Below, one piece after another: positions 1-10,242 of a stretch of 64,000 bases of DNA. The first letter of the stretch is position 1, and each line of letters begins with the position of its first letter. A program made the position numbers and the translations under genes. The notes under the pieces were generated by a model. That model was given only the letters and a program-made list of their open reading frames with translations, was not told the DNA's origin and made no database searches. The stretch spans positions 1,408,001 to 1,472,000 of the forward strand of contig OY970067.1 of NCBI GenBank assembly GCA_963705305.1. The letters run 5' to 3'. Origin of the DNA: an uncultured Methylomirabilota bacterium (lineage in GTDB: Bacteria > Methylomirabilota > Methylomirabilia > Methylomirabilales > 2-02-FULL-66-22).

Positions 1-123
1 GGGCAGCTCTCTTGCCATGTTGGCAGCCGGCGGAAATCGCACACCTTGGCGAGGATATCTAGAAATCTGAGTCAGAGGGCGGCCTCGGATACACACGGGC
101 TGGAGTCGGAAAAGGAGAGACCC

Positions 124-1098
124 ATGAAGCGACTGTACGAAGAGATCGGGATCGTCAATACGCGGGAGATGTTCAAGAAGGCGATGCAGGGCGGCTACGC
201 CATTCCCGCATACAACTTCAACAACATGGAGCAGCTCCAGGCGATCATCATCGGCTGCGCGGAGAGCAAGTCGCCGGTGATCCTCCAAGTGTCCAAGGGG
301 GCCCGGGAGTACGCCAACCAGACGCTGCTCCGCTACATGGCCATGGGCGCGATGAGGATGCTGCAAGAGATGGGCAGCCACATCCCCGTCGCCCTCCATC
401 TCGACCACGGCGATTCCTTCGAGCTGGCGAAGTCGTGCATCGAGTTCGGGTTCTCCTCGGTCATGATTGACGGCTCGCACCTGCCGTATGAGGAGAACAT
501 CAAGCTCACCAAGCAGGTGGTGGACTTCGCCCACCAGTCCGACGTGACCGTCGAGGGCGAGCTGGGTGTGCTGGCGGGCATCGAAGAGCACGTCGTCGCC
601 GAGAAGTCCCACTACACCGACCCCAACCAGGTGCAGGACTTCGTCCGGCGGACCGGCGTGGACAGCCTGGCCATCTCCATCGGGACCTCGCACGGGGCCT
701 ACAAGTTCAAGCCCAAGCCGGGCGAAACCCTGCCGCCGCTCCGTTTCGACATTCTGCACGAGATTGAAAAGCGGCTGCCCGGATTCCCCATTGTCCTGCA
801 CGGCGCCTCCTCCGTTCTTCCCAAGTACGTGGCCATGATCAACGAGTACGGCGGGAAGATCGAGGGCGCCATGGGCGTGCCCGAAGAGCAGCTGCGCGAA
901 GCGGCCAAGTCCGCGGTCTGCAAGGTCAACATCGACACCGACGGCCGCATGGTCGTGACGGCCATCGTGCGCAAGGTCCTGGTGGAGAACCCGAAGGAGT
1001 TCGACCCTCGCAAATATCTCGGCCCGGCCCGCAAAGAGCTGATCGAGATCATCAAGCACAAGAACGCCAACGTGCTGGGCTCGGCCAATCGGGCCTAA
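124..1098 (+). CDS. fba: Class II fructose-1,6-bisphosphate aldolase
   Basis: Motifs LHLDHG, SSVMIDGS, VEGELG, GTSHGAYK, VLHGASS, KVNIDTD and FDPRKYL. ATG at 124 follows an AAGGAG SD. Confidence 0.95.
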   Translation: MKRLYEEIGIVNTREMFKKAMQGGYAIPAYNFNNMEQLQAIIIGCAESKSPVILQVSKGAREYANQTLLRYMAMGAMRMLQEMGSHIPVALHLDHGDSFELAKSCIEFGFSSVMIDGSHLPYEENIKLTKQVVDFAHQSDVTVEGELGVLAGIEEHVVAEKSHYTDPNQVQDFVRRTGVDSLAISIGTSHGAYKFKPKPGETLPPLRFDILHEIEKRLPGFPIVLHGASSVLPKYVAMINEYGGKIEGAMGVPEEQLREAAKSAVCKVNIDTDGRMVVTAIVRKVLVENPKEFDPRKYLGPARKELIEIIKHKNANVLGSANRA

Positions 1099-1129
1099 AC
1101 GTCGCCCGCACGGTCGGCCCGCCTGTTAT

Positions 1130-1170
1130 GAAGGCCGGAGAAGCCTGGGAGGCCGGGCCCTCCGGCCTTC
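1130..1170 (+). terminator. GC-rich hairpin downstream of fba (possible terminator)
   Basis: GAAGGCCGGAG...CTCCGGCCTTC 11-bp inverted repeat. No clear U-tract. Confidence 0.35.
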
Positions 1171-1328
1171 GTGCATGCCGGGGCCGGCACGCCGGGGCCG
1201 TCTTCGGGGTCTGCTGGCCGCGGAGAAAGGGGCCTTGCCCCGTGGAACCCCGGGCGGATAGAATCCAGATGGATGCCCGCGGGGAGTCCCCCTGATTGCG
1301 GGCGCGGGCGGCCGGAGAGGGGGCGGAT

Positions 1329-2297
1329 GTGCGGGCCATTTTGTTCCACGAGTTGGGCGGGCCGGAGGTGCTGCGGCTGGGCGAACTGCCCCGACCGGAG
1401 CCGACCCCCGGAACGATCCTCATCAGGAACCATGCCATCGGCGTAAACTTCGCCGACACCCTGTTTCGCCGGGGGCTGTATCTGACCCGTCCCAAGCGTC
1501 CCGATACCCCCGGCCTGGAGGCCGCTGGCACGATCGAGGCGCTCGGACAAGGCGTGGAGGGGCTCGCGGTCGGGATGCGGGTGGCCGCGATCACCACCAA
1601 GGCCTACGCCGACTATTGCCTGGCGAAGGCCTCCAGGGTGATCCCCCTCCCCGAGTTCGTCGACTTCGAGCGGGGGGCCGCCTTTCCCATCCAGGCCCTC
1701 ACCGCCTACCACCTGCTCCACACGGCGCACCGAACGGAGGCGGGGCAGACCGTCCTGGTCCATTCTGCCGCCGGGGGGGTGGGCGGCCTGGCGGTGCAGA
1801 TGGCCAAGGCTGCCGGGGCCCGGGTGATCGGCACGGTCTCCGACGACGGAAAGATCGGCAGGGCCCGGGACGCCGGGGCCGATGCGGTCATCAACTACGC
1901 CACCCAGGATCTCGCGGCGGAGGCGCTCCGTCTCACGGAGGGCCGCGGCGTGGACCTGATCCTGGACGCCGTGGGCAAGCCGACGGTGGAGAACGGGCTG
2001 CGCTGCCTGGCGCCGCGCGGGCACCTGATCTTCTACGGGCGCTCCGGGGGCGTCCCCGACCCCGTGAATCTGCTGCGCCTGCTCGGCAAGTCGCTCGCGG
2101 TCAGCGGATTCGTCCTCTACCACATCCTGGATGTTCCGGACGACTGGGCCGCGGGAATCGAGCGCTCCTTCGCACTGCTCCGCGAGGGCAAGGTCAGGCT
2201 GCGAATCGATCACACCTTTCCGCTGGCGGAGGCGGCCGACGCCCATCGCCACATGGAGTCCCGGCAGTCCGTGGGAAAACTGGTCTTGATCCCGTAG
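1329..2297 (+). CDS. qor: NADPH:quinone oxidoreductase (zeta-crystallin/MDR family)
   Basis: GGPEVL, AIGVNFAD, PGLEAAG, VLVHSAAGGVG and terminal GKLVLIP. GTG start inferred. Confidence 0.9.
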   Translation: MRAILFHELGGPEVLRLGELPRPEPTPGTILIRNHAIGVNFADTLFRRGLYLTRPKRPDTPGLEAAGTIEALGQGVEGLAVGMRVAAITTKAYADYCLAKASRVIPLPEFVDFERGAAFPIQALTAYHLLHTAHRTEAGQTVLVHSAAGGVGGLAVQMAKAAGARVIGTVSDDGKIGRARDAGADAVINYATQDLAAEALRLTEGRGVDLILDAVGKPTVENGLRCLAPRGHLIFYGRSGGVPDPVNLLRLLGKSLAVSGFVLYHILDVPDDWAAGIERSFALLREGKVRLRIDHTFPLAEAADAHRHMESRQSVGKLVLIP

Positions 2298-2469
2298 CAG
2301 GAAGTTGAAGAGCTCATTTTCGGTCAGGCTGCAAAAAAGGCCCAGATGCAAGGCGCCGCGCGATCCGAGGCGCGAGGCGTACTTAGCCCGTACGCCGCAG
2401 TGCCGCGGGAGCGCGGGGGTACCCTTCCGGAGGATGGGTCTCCGCAGATGGAGCTTTTTCAGCAGCCTG
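2298..2469. mobile_element. MITE-like repeat, copy A
   Basis: Inner CAGGCTGCAAAAAAGG and right end CTTTTTCAGCAGCCTG. Flanked by GTAG on both sides. Core shared with copies at 14622, 16588 and 63261. Confidence 0.8.
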
Positions 2470-2498
2470 GTAGGCTTTCCGGGAGGGTGGGGGCAGAC

Positions 2499-2870
2499 AT
2501 GAACCGAACCCTGACGATCCTGGGGGCGCTGGCCGGAGCCCTGGGCGTCCTGATGGGGGCGTTCGGCGCGCACGCCCTGCGGACGCGGCTCACGCCCGAG
2601 ATGCGCGCGGTGTACGAGACGGGCGCGCAGTACCACCTGGTCCACGCCGTGGCCGTTCTGGCGGCGGCCTGGGCGGCGGCGCGCTGGCCGAACTCTTCCG
2701 CCTCGGCTGCCGGCTGGTGCTTCCTCGCCGGGATCGCGCTCTTCTCCGGCAGCCTCTACGCGCTGAGTCTCAGCGGTCTCCGGGTGATGGGGGCCATCAC
2801 ACCCCTCGGGGGCCTGGCGCTCATCGCCGGCTGGCTCCTGCTGGCCTGGGCCGCACGGCAAGAGCGCTGA
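2499..2870 (+). CDS. DUF423 (YgdD/TMEM256) family membrane protein
   Basis: GAFGAH, TGAQYHLVHA, LFSGSLY and GAITPLGG motifs. Confidence 0.9.
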   Translation: MNRTLTILGALAGALGVLMGAFGAHALRTRLTPEMRAVYETGAQYHLVHAVAVLAAAWAAARWPNSSASAAGWCFLAGIALFSGSLYALSLSGLRVMGAITPLGGLALIAGWLLLAWAARQER

Positions 2871-2935
2871 GGGCGCTGTCGAGCGGATCGACCCGCGGGG
2901 TCCCCCCGGGAGGGGAGAGAACAGGAGGCAGGCAG

Positions 2936-3745
2936 ATGCGAGTCACAGCCAACGGGATCTCAATCAACTATACTCTCGCCGGGCCCGCCTCGGCGCCCGT
3001 CGTCACCCTCAGCCACTCGCTGGCGACGAACCTCGCCATGTGGGAGCCGCAGCTGACGGCGCTGACGGTCCGCTATCGCGTCCTCCGATACGATACCAGG
3101 GGGCATGGGGGGACGGATGTCCCCGAGGGCCCCTACAGCCTGGATCAGCTGGCCGAGGACGTCCGTGCCCTGCTCCGCGCCCTCGGGGTCGCGCGGACCC
3201 ATTTCATCGGGCTGTCCATGGGTGGTATGATCGGCCAGGTGCTGGCCCTCACATCGCCCGGGATCCTGGGCGGGCTGGTCCTGTGCGACACCAGCAGCCG
3301 GACGCCCGCCGAGGCCCGCCCCGTCTGGGAGGAGCGCATCCGGATCGCCGAGACGCAGGGCATGGAGCCGCACGTGGAGCCGACCATCGGCCGCTGGTTT
3401 ACCGCGCCCTGCCGGGAAAGGCACCCGGAAGTCGTGGATCCCGTGCGGGCCATGATCCGGAACACCGACCCGCGCGGATATATCGGCTGCGGACGGGCCA
3501 TCATGGGGCTTGACCTGACGGACCGCCTCTCCTCCATCACGATCCCGGCCCTCGTCGTGGTCGGGGAGGACGATCCCGGGACGCCGGTGGCGGCCGCCCG
3601 GACGATCCAGGAACGAATTCGGGGGGCCGAGATGGTGGTCCTCAAGTCCGCCTCCCACCTCTCCAATGTCGAGCAGGCCGACGCCTTCAACCAGGCCGTG
3701 ACGGCGTTCCTGGCCGGGGTGGACGGAGGGGCGTCCCGGGTGTGA
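2936..3745 (+). CDS. pcaD: 3-oxoadipate enol-lactonase-like alpha/beta hydrolase
   Basis: SHSLAT, YDTRGHG, GLSMGG nucleophile elbow and SHLSNVEQ. AGGAGG SD. Confidence 0.85.
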   Translation: MRVTANGISINYTLAGPASAPVVTLSHSLATNLAMWEPQLTALTVRYRVLRYDTRGHGGTDVPEGPYSLDQLAEDVRALLRALGVARTHFIGLSMGGMIGQVLALTSPGILGGLVLCDTSSRTPAEARPVWEERIRIAETQGMEPHVEPTIGRWFTAPCRERHPEVVDPVRAMIRNTDPRGYIGCGRAIMGLDLTDRLSSITIPALVVVGEDDPGTPVAAARTIQERIRGAEMVVLKSASHLSNVEQADAFNQAVTAFLAGVDGGASRV

Positions 3746-3803
3746 GGCACGTTGCGGAAGCCCCAGGGCGAGCCCCCCTCACCGGCCTGCCCGGGAGGAG
3801 CGT

Positions 3804-4106
3804 ATGGCCAATCGACGACACCAGTGGATCGCCCTGATCCTGTCCGGCGTCTTCCCCGGGCTGGGCCAGCTCTACCTGCGGGCGTGGGGACGAGGCACCG
3901 CGTTCCTCCTGGCCGGCGGTGCGGCAACATGGTCCTGGGGTCGGGCGCTCGGAAACGCGAACCTCCTTGCTGGCAGCCTGGCCAACCCCGGGGCGGTCCT
4001 GGCCGCGACCCTCGCCCTGCTGGCAGTCTATCTTTGGAGCATGGCAGACGCGTGGCGGGAGGCGGGAAGAACCCGGCGAAGCTCCCCGCCCAGCTTCGTG
4101 GAATAG
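3804..4106 (+). CDS. Small hypothetical membrane protein
   Basis: [16 protein letters not shown]-terminal motif, hydrophobic helices and a GGAGG SD. Confidence 0.7.
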   Translation: MANRRHQWIALILSGVFPGLGQLYLRAWGRGTAFLLAGGAATWSWGRALGNANLLAGSLANPGAVLAATLALLAVYLWSMADAWREAGRTRRSSPPSFVE

Positions 4107-4191
4107 CATCCCCTGGGCCGTCCTCGCCGGAAGACCCGGCGCGGGGCGAGGGCGACCATCGGCAACCCCATCCGATCGTGGGAGGCCACCC

Positions 4192-4643
4192 ATGCACCAC
4201 CGGCGGCCGATCTGTTGGGCATCGTTCCTGGGGGCCGCCTGGTCCTCCTCTCCTTTCCCGCCATGGCGCAGGTGATCAAGCAGGCGGTCGTCGAGCGCGG
4301 GGTCGTGGCCGAGAACCTGTACGTCGCCGGAAAGAGTGTGGATGTCCAGGCGGACGTGGGCGGAGATCTGCTTGTGGCCGGGGAGTATGTCGTCATCGGC
4401 GGCGCGGTGAAGAGAGACATCGCCGCCGTCGGCCGCGAGGTGACGCTGCAGGGAGGGGTGGGGGCCGACGCGCAGGCCGACGGAGAGGCGGTCACCCCGG
4501 ACGGGCGGATCGGAGGGGAGGCGGTGGCGGCTGCCGGCGGGGTGCTCCTGGCGCGCACGGGCCAGGTCGCCGGGAAGGCCTGGCTGGCCGGTGGGACGAT
4601 CGAGGTGCAGGGGAGCGTCGGCAAGTGGCTGCAGGCCACGTGA
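4192..4643 (+). pseudogene. Frameshifted/truncated secreted beta-helix (polymer-forming cytoskeletal-like) protein
   Basis: SD+ATG at 4192 begins a signal-peptide-like sequence that continues in another frame ([11 protein letters not shown]). Repeats follow ([22 protein letters not shown]), then an early stop at 4643. Confidence 0.55.
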
Positions 4644-4666
4644 CTACAGCACAGGGAGAAGAAGCC

Positions 4667-5113
4667 ATGCTTAAGGAATTCAAAGAATTCGCCATGCGAG
4701 GCAACGTCCTCGACATGGCTGTCGGGATCGTGGTCGGCGCGGCCTTTGGCAAGATCGTCACGTCCTTCGTCGGCGATGTGCTGATGCCGCCGATCGGCCT
4801 GCTGCTCGGGAGGGTCGACTTCTCCAATCTCTTCCTCAACCTCTCCGGCACGCATTACGCGACGCTGGCACAGGCCAAGGCCGCCAGTGCGCCCACCCTC
4901 AACTATGGACTGTTCCTGAACACCGTGATCGATTTCCTGATCGTGGCCTTCGCGATCTTCCTCCTGGTGCGGCAGGTGAATCGGCTGCGACAGCCGGCCC
5001 TTCCCGTCGAGCCCGCGGCCCCCACAACCAAGGAGTGTCCGTACTGTTTCTCCACCGTCTCCGTTAAGGCCACGCGCTGCGCCTTCTGCACCACCGAGCT
5101 GAAGGCGTCCTGA
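4667..5113 (+). CDS. mscL: Large-conductance mechanosensitive channel with C-terminal Cys4 zinc ribbon
   Basis: [20 protein letters not shown] and [17 protein letters not shown]. Tail CPYC...CAFC. Confidence 0.95.
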   Translation: MLKEFKEFAMRGNVLDMAVGIVVGAAFGKIVTSFVGDVLMPPIGLLLGRVDFSNLFLNLSGTHYATLAQAKAASAPTLNYGLFLNTVIDFLIVAFAIFLLVRQVNRLRQPALPVEPAAPTTKECPYCFSTVSVKATRCAFCTTELKAS

Positions 5114-5172
5114 GGCAATCGCGGCGGCGTGGATGTGGCTGGCAATCTGGGTGGGGGGCGGGGAAGCGGAGG

Positions 5173-5943
5173 ATGCCGATGAGATTCACGGGCAAGGTGG
5201 CACTGATCACCGGCGGCGGGAGCGGCATCGGGGCGGCCACCGCACGGCTGATGGGCTCCCAGGGCGCAGCGGTGGCGATCATGGGGCGGACCGCCAAGAC
5301 GGTGGAGCGGGCCGCCCGGCAGGTCCGTGAGGCGGGAGGACGGGCCCTCCCCATCGCGGGTGACGTCTCCAGGGAAGGCGATGCGGAGCGGGCCGTGCGG
5401 GAGACGGTGGCCGCGTTCGATCGCCTGGACATCCTGGTGTCCAACGCCGGCACCCAGCTGCACAAGCGGGACGCGCCCATCCATGAGCAGGCGCTGGCTG
5501 CCTGGGAAGAGACGCAGGCCGTCAATCTGCGGGGCGCGTTCCTGATATGCAGGGCGGGGATCAAGCAGATGCTGGCCCAGGGTGGAGGCGGCGCGGTGGT
5601 GATCACGGGCTCGGTGACCGCCCTGGTCGCCTCGGCCCCGCACAATCCGTCCTACACGGCCAGCAAGGGGGGGCTCCACGCCTTCGCGCGAGCCCTGGCA
5701 GTTCAGTACGCTCCCCTCGGAATTCGCGTGAACGTGGTATGCCCCGGGGCCCTGGAAGAGCCGCCCGACGCCGAGGACGTCGACCTGGCGGCTCGCGAGA
5801 AGCGGCTGATCCCGAAAATCCCGATGGGCCGGGCGGGGCGATTCGATGAGGTGGCCCCGGCCGTTGCCTTCCTGGCCTCCGAGGAGGCGAGCTACTGCAC
5901 CGGCAGCGTCCTCGTCGTGGACGGCGGATTCACCGCCGTGTGA
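5173..5943 (+). CDS. Short-chain dehydrogenase/reductase
   Basis: TGGGSGIG, SNAG, YTASK and VDGG. Confidence 0.92.
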   Translation: MPMRFTGKVALITGGGSGIGAATARLMGSQGAAVAIMGRTAKTVERAARQVREAGGRALPIAGDVSREGDAERAVRETVAAFDRLDILVSNAGTQLHKRDAPIHEQALAAWEETQAVNLRGAFLICRAGIKQMLAQGGGGAVVITGSVTALVASAPHNPSYTASKGGLHAFARALAVQYAPLGIRVNVVCPGALEEPPDAEDVDLAAREKRLIPKIPMGRAGRFDEVAPAVAFLASEEASYCTGSVLVVDGGFTAV

Positions 5944-6105
5944 AGCCGGGATGAGCGCACGAAGTGGCGATGGATCCCGCCCCGAAAGGCCCTCGCTGCC
6001 AAGGCGCCCCGAATGCACGTCCGCAATGGGCGGATGCCCGGCGACTGCAGCTGCGGGCCGGCGCAGGCGAGAACACGGGTCGACACCCCTGAAAGGAGAT
6101 CGCGC

Positions 6106-7077
6106 GTGAGCACGCCCGTCAAGTGCGCCCTGATTACCGCGTTCGTCAGCAAGACCAAAGACCGGTTCCACGAGTACAATGCCGAGAAGGCGCTGGCCGA
6201 GCGGCTGGAGCTCGTCTCCAGGATGAAGGGGATGAGCGGGGTCGAAGTGATCTTCCCCTACGAGGCGAACGACGCCCCGCTGCTGAAGAAGCTCCTGAAC
6301 GAATACCGGCTGGAGGTCGCTGCCATCAATGTGAACGTCAAGGCCGAGCCGGAGTTTCGAAACGGCGGGCTGACCTCCACCGATCCCGCCATCCGAAAGC
6401 GGGCGGTGCAGTTCATCAAGGACGCGAAGGACTTCGCGCAGGCGACGGGAGCCAACAAGGTCACCTGCTGCCCTCTGGGGGACGGCTACGAATTCGCCTT
6501 CCAGTGCGATTACGCCCAGATGTGGCGGTACCTGGTGGAGACATTCGGCGAGGCGGGGAGCTACAAGCCCGAGGTCCCGCTCTTCATCGAATATAAGCCG
6601 AGCGAGACCCGCGGCCGCTGCTTTGTGGACACTGCGGCCAAGACCCTGTGCCTCCTGAACGACGTTGGGATCCGGGAGATGGGCGCCACGGTGGATTTCG
6701 GCCATTCCAAGTATGGCGGGGAGAATCCGGCGGAAGTCGTCTCCACCCTGGCGCACAGCCGGTACCCCTATTACGTTCACATCAACGACAATAACGGGAA
6801 GTGGGACTGGGATTTCATGGTGGCCTCCCACAACTTTCTGGAATACGCCGAGTTCCTCTTCTATCTCCAGGAGTACGACTACCGCGACTTCCTGACGTCG
6901 GATACCTCGCCCACCCGCTGGGATATCGTCGGCACCTTTGAGGCCAACACGCGGATGACCCGGAAGATCTGGGACCGACTGCTGTCCATCGACCGGGAGG
7001 AGTTCCGGAAGCTGATCCGGGCGGGCGATTTCCTGAAGACCTGGCAGTTCGTCGAGGTGAACATCTTCAAGCTCTAG
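6106..7077 (+). CDS. Sugar phosphate isomerase/epimerase (xylose isomerase-like TIM barrel)
   Basis: IEYKPSE, DFGHS, VHINDN and DWD metal motifs. GTG follows an AAAGGAG SD. Confidence 0.85.
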   Translation: MSTPVKCALITAFVSKTKDRFHEYNAEKALAERLELVSRMKGMSGVEVIFPYEANDAPLLKKLLNEYRLEVAAINVNVKAEPEFRNGGLTSTDPAIRKRAVQFIKDAKDFAQATGANKVTCCPLGDGYEFAFQCDYAQMWRYLVETFGEAGSYKPEVPLFIEYKPSETRGRCFVDTAAKTLCLLNDVGIREMGATVDFGHSKYGGENPAEVVSTLAHSRYPYYVHINDNNGKWDWDFMVASHNFLEYAEFLFYLQEYDYRDFLTSDTSPTRWDIVGTFEANTRMTRKIWDRLLSIDREEFRKLIRAGDFLKTWQFVEVNIFKL

Positions 7078-7240
7078 CTGGCGAACGTCGCCGGGATCAC
7101 CCAGCCGGTCACGGTCGCGAGCACGACGCCGGAGGACTGGGACCGCATCATCGCGGTGAACCTGAAAGGGACCTTCCTCGTTTCGAGGGCGGTGTCTGCC
7201 GTCATGGCCAGGCACAGGTCGGCCGCATCATCAACAATGG
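7078..7240 (+). pseudogene. Internal fragment of an SDR gene
   Basis: Translates to LANVAGITQPVTVASTTPEDWDRIIAVNLKGTFLVSRAV, then a frameshifted GRIIN. No start codon. Confidence 0.7.
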
Positions 7241-7585
7241 CGGGCCCACATGGACTAGCCGGCAGGTCTGCGGGGGGGATGGGTCGGATCAAGAACTTCC
7301 GGGTGTTAGGCTTGTAGACGCCGGACCGGTTGTCCTGCGCTTTCCAGCCGCCGGCGATCGCATGGCCTCCCCGGTCCTCCCCAATGGTTTGTCGGATCCT
7401 CGGCCGCGGCCGAGGGACGCCGCGGGGCCGGCCGCCCCCCCGCCGTCCTTCCGTATTTTTCTTGACATGGCGGTCCGGGCTGGTAGGTTTCGTCGATATC
7501 GACGCGCGGGATCTGACCTGCAAGGGCGGACGTACGGCGGCGGCGCGGGAACCGGACCGGCTACCCGCCAGGGAGGCGGCACGCA

Positions 7586-9865
7586 GTGCTGATCCCTATC
7601 GGACACGAGGATCAACAGGTTGTGCGGCTCCCCCTGGTGACCATTTTTCTGGTGGTCGCCAACATCGCCGTCTTCCTCTTCACCAACTCCATCGCCACAA
7701 AGCAATCCCAGGCCATCCGCCTCCAGGGGCAAGAGGTCGTCGCCTTTGCCAGCGAGCACCCGTATCTGCATCTGCCCCCGGATATCGCCCGCGGGGTGCA
7801 GCCCGTGCCGCCGCCGCCGGGGGTTTCGTTCGACACCATCATGGACGAGCAGGCCGAGCTGGACCGGCTGGTGGGCGACCTGCGTGGACTGCTCGCGTCC
7901 TCGGTATTTCGCACCTACGGCTTCATCCCCGCTCAACCCCACCCCCTGACGCTCTTCACCTCCATGTTCATGCATGGCGGGTGGCTGCATCTCATCGGGA
8001 ACATGCTGTTCCTCTGGCTGGCCGGGGCCAGCCTGGAGGACCGCTGGGGCCGCCTGCTCTACCTGCTCATCTATCTTGCGAGCGGCGCCGTGGGCACTAT
8101 GACCCACGCGGTCATGCTCGGGCAGAGCACGGTTCCCCTGATCGGCGCGTCCGGGGCCATCGCCGGGCTGATGGGCGCGTTCCTGGTCCGCCTGGCGACC
8201 ACCCGGATCAAGTTTTTTTACTGGTTCCTGGTGGTGCGCGGCACCTTCTGGGCCCCGGCCTTCATCGTCCTGCCCCTCTGGTTCCTCCAGCAGTTCGCCA
8301 TGGCCTGGAAGGGTGGCGAAGGACCTGTGGCCGTGTGGGCGCACATCGGAGGCTTCGGAGTGGGGATCGTCGCCGCGCTCCTCATCCGCGCCAGCAACCT
8401 GGAGACGAACGTGCTGGCGCCCGCCATCCAGAAGAAGACCACGTGGACCGCCTCCGACGGTCTGACCGGAGCGTTGCGGCGGCTGGACAAGGGGGACGCC
8501 GACGGCGCCGTCGCGGAGCTCCAGGCGCTGCTCCGGGCGCAACCGGACAGCATCGAGGGGCGGGCGGCGCTCCTGGCCGCGTACACGAAGAAAAACGACA
8601 ATGCCGCCGCCGGTCGGGAATCGGCGCGGCTGGTGGGGGCCTATGTCCGTGCGCGGGACATGATCGGGGCGGTGGCCGCGGCCCAAGAGCACGAGCGGGC
8701 CTATCCGGATGTTCCGCTTGCCCTGCGGGATCTGCTGGCCCTGGCCGCCCATCGAGAAAAGCAGGGGGAGAGCGCCGAGGCCGCGGGCCTCTACCGGCAG
8801 GCGGTCGCGGCGTGGCCGGACGATGCGCTGGCTCCCAAGGCGCTCGTCGGCTACGGGCGGCTGCTGGCGCAGTCCCTCCATGCGCCGGATCAGGCCCTCG
8901 CCCTCTTGGAGCAGGCCCGCACCCACCCAAAGGTCACCCCCGAATTCACGAAGGCCAGCCAGGAGCTGATCGCTGCGATCAGGAAAGCCTCTCCGGAGGC
9001 CGCGCCGGCCTCGCAGCAGGACACGGCGGACATCCACGACCACTCGTTCATCGACCCGTCGCTGCTCGATGCAGAGCAGATATCGGCGGAGCGGGCCATC
9101 GACACGCCGGCGGCCCGAACCGAGATCTCTGCGTCGGATGACGTGACATTCGTGGTCTCCGATTCAGCGGAGCCCGCGACGGAGTCGGCGCCGGAGGACG
9201 GGCCGGTGTATGAGCTTCCATCGGAAGAGCCGGGCCCCAACGTCGCCGCCCCGGCAGGTGCGGCGCCGGAGGTTTCCGAGCACGCGGAGCCCGTGTTCGA
9301 GGTGCCGTCGGAAGAGGAGCCGGCGCCGGCGCCGCCGGACGACCGATACGTCCTCGAGGAGGAGCCGGCAGCGCCGGCCCCTCCGCCCCCGCCCCCTCTC
9401 ACGCTTTCGCCTGTGTCCTTGCGGGCCGTCGGCATGGACGGGCGCGGCATCCAGGTGCAGGATGGGCAGGAAAAGACGGCGCTCCTGCTCTGGGGAAGCA
9501 TTACCGGCGTCGCCGCCGCCCGGATTGGGGGAGCGGTTTCGGACAATCCGTCCCCTGGAGACTTGGTGCTGGACCTGCTCTTGACCTTAATCGACACCCC
9601 GGACGGGAGAATCGTCCGGAGCATTCGGCTGACCGGCCGCGATCTGGCTCTCCCGCAATTGAAGGGCGAGCCCTCGGAAGTGCGCGGATTCCAGCGCGTG
9701 GTGGCGACGGTCCTCAAGGCCTCGGGGGCCACTCCCCACCCCGGCCGCGACGCATGCCTGGGCATCTCCGGCTTCCCCGCCTTTCCGGATCTGGCCGCCT
9801 ACGAGGCCGACCTTGTCGCCCGCCTGGCCGGCCTGGAAGGGCGCCCGCTTTCCGGCCGCGATTGA
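7586..9865 (+). CDS. Rhomboid intramembrane serine protease with TPR-like region, Pro/Glu-rich linker and C-terminal domain
   Basis: MFMHGGWLHLIGNM, GASG catalytic Ser and AHIGG catalytic His. Helical repeats and an acidic low-complexity stretch follow. Confidence 0.88.
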   Translation: MLIPIGHEDQQVVRLPLVTIFLVVANIAVFLFTNSIATKQSQAIRLQGQEVVAFASEHPYLHLPPDIARGVQPVPPPPGVSFDTIMDEQAELDRLVGDLRGLLASSVFRTYGFIPAQPHPLTLFTSMFMHGGWLHLIGNMLFLWLAGASLEDRWGRLLYLLIYLASGAVGTMTHAVMLGQSTVPLIGASGAIAGLMGAFLVRLATTRIKFFYWFLVVRGTFWAPAFIVLPLWFLQQFAMAWKGGEGPVAVWAHIGGFGVGIVAALLIRASNLETNVLAPAIQKKTTWTASDGLTGALRRLDKGDADGAVAELQALLRAQPDSIEGRAALLAAYTKKNDNAAAGRESARLVGAYVRARDMIGAVAAAQEHERAYPDVPLALRDLLALAAHREKQGESAEAAGLYRQAVAAWPDDALAPKALVGYGRLLAQSLHAPDQALALLEQARTHPKVTPEFTKASQELIAAIRKASPEAAPASQQDTADIHDHSFIDPSLLDAEQISAERAIDTPAARTEISASDDVTFVVSDSAEPATESAPEDGPVYELPSEEPGPNVAAPAGAAPEVSEHAEPVFEVPSEEEPAPAPPDDRYVLEEEPAAPAPPPPPPLTLSPVSLRAVGMDGRGIQVQDGQEKTALLLWGSITGVAAARIGGAVSDNPSPGDLVLDLLLTLIDTPDGRIVRSIRLTGRDLALPQLKGEPSEVRGFQRVVATVLKASGATPHPGRDACLGISGFPAFPDLAAYEADLVARLAGLEGRPLSGRD

Positions 9866-10011
9866 TCGCCACGCCCATTCCCCCGCAGGACAAGAGCCCG
9901 CGCTGCGCCGGGGCGCCCCTGCCTTCCCGCCGTTCCCCCTTGACAGCGCCGCCCGGTTCGGTAGGGTCACAGGTGCCGGGTGGATGCCGGCCCGAGACGT
10001 GCGGAGGGAGC

Positions 10012-10236
10012 ATGAGGCGAAGACTGTTGAGCGGCCTTCTGGGCGCCCTGGTTCTTTCCATGACATCGGGCTGCGCCCTGTTCCTGATTGGGGCAGGCGG
10101 AGCGGGAGGGTACCTGATTCGAAAGGGCGAGGACAGCGGAGGCTCGACCGACTCGAACAAGAGCACGCCCGGCGGCCAGAACAAGCCCGCATCGAAATCC
10201 ACGGCCGAACCCCAGAACGGTTCTTCGTCTGACTAG
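10012..10236 (+). CDS. Small putative lipoprotein
   Basis: MRRRLL-hydrophobic-TSGC lipobox, Gly-rich GAGGAGGY and a GGAG SD. Confidence 0.7.
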   Translation: MRRRLLSGLLGALVLSMTSGCALFLIGAGGAGGYLIRKGEDSGGSTDSNKSTPGGQNKPASKSTAEPQNGSSSD

Positions 10237-10242
10237 GACGCC

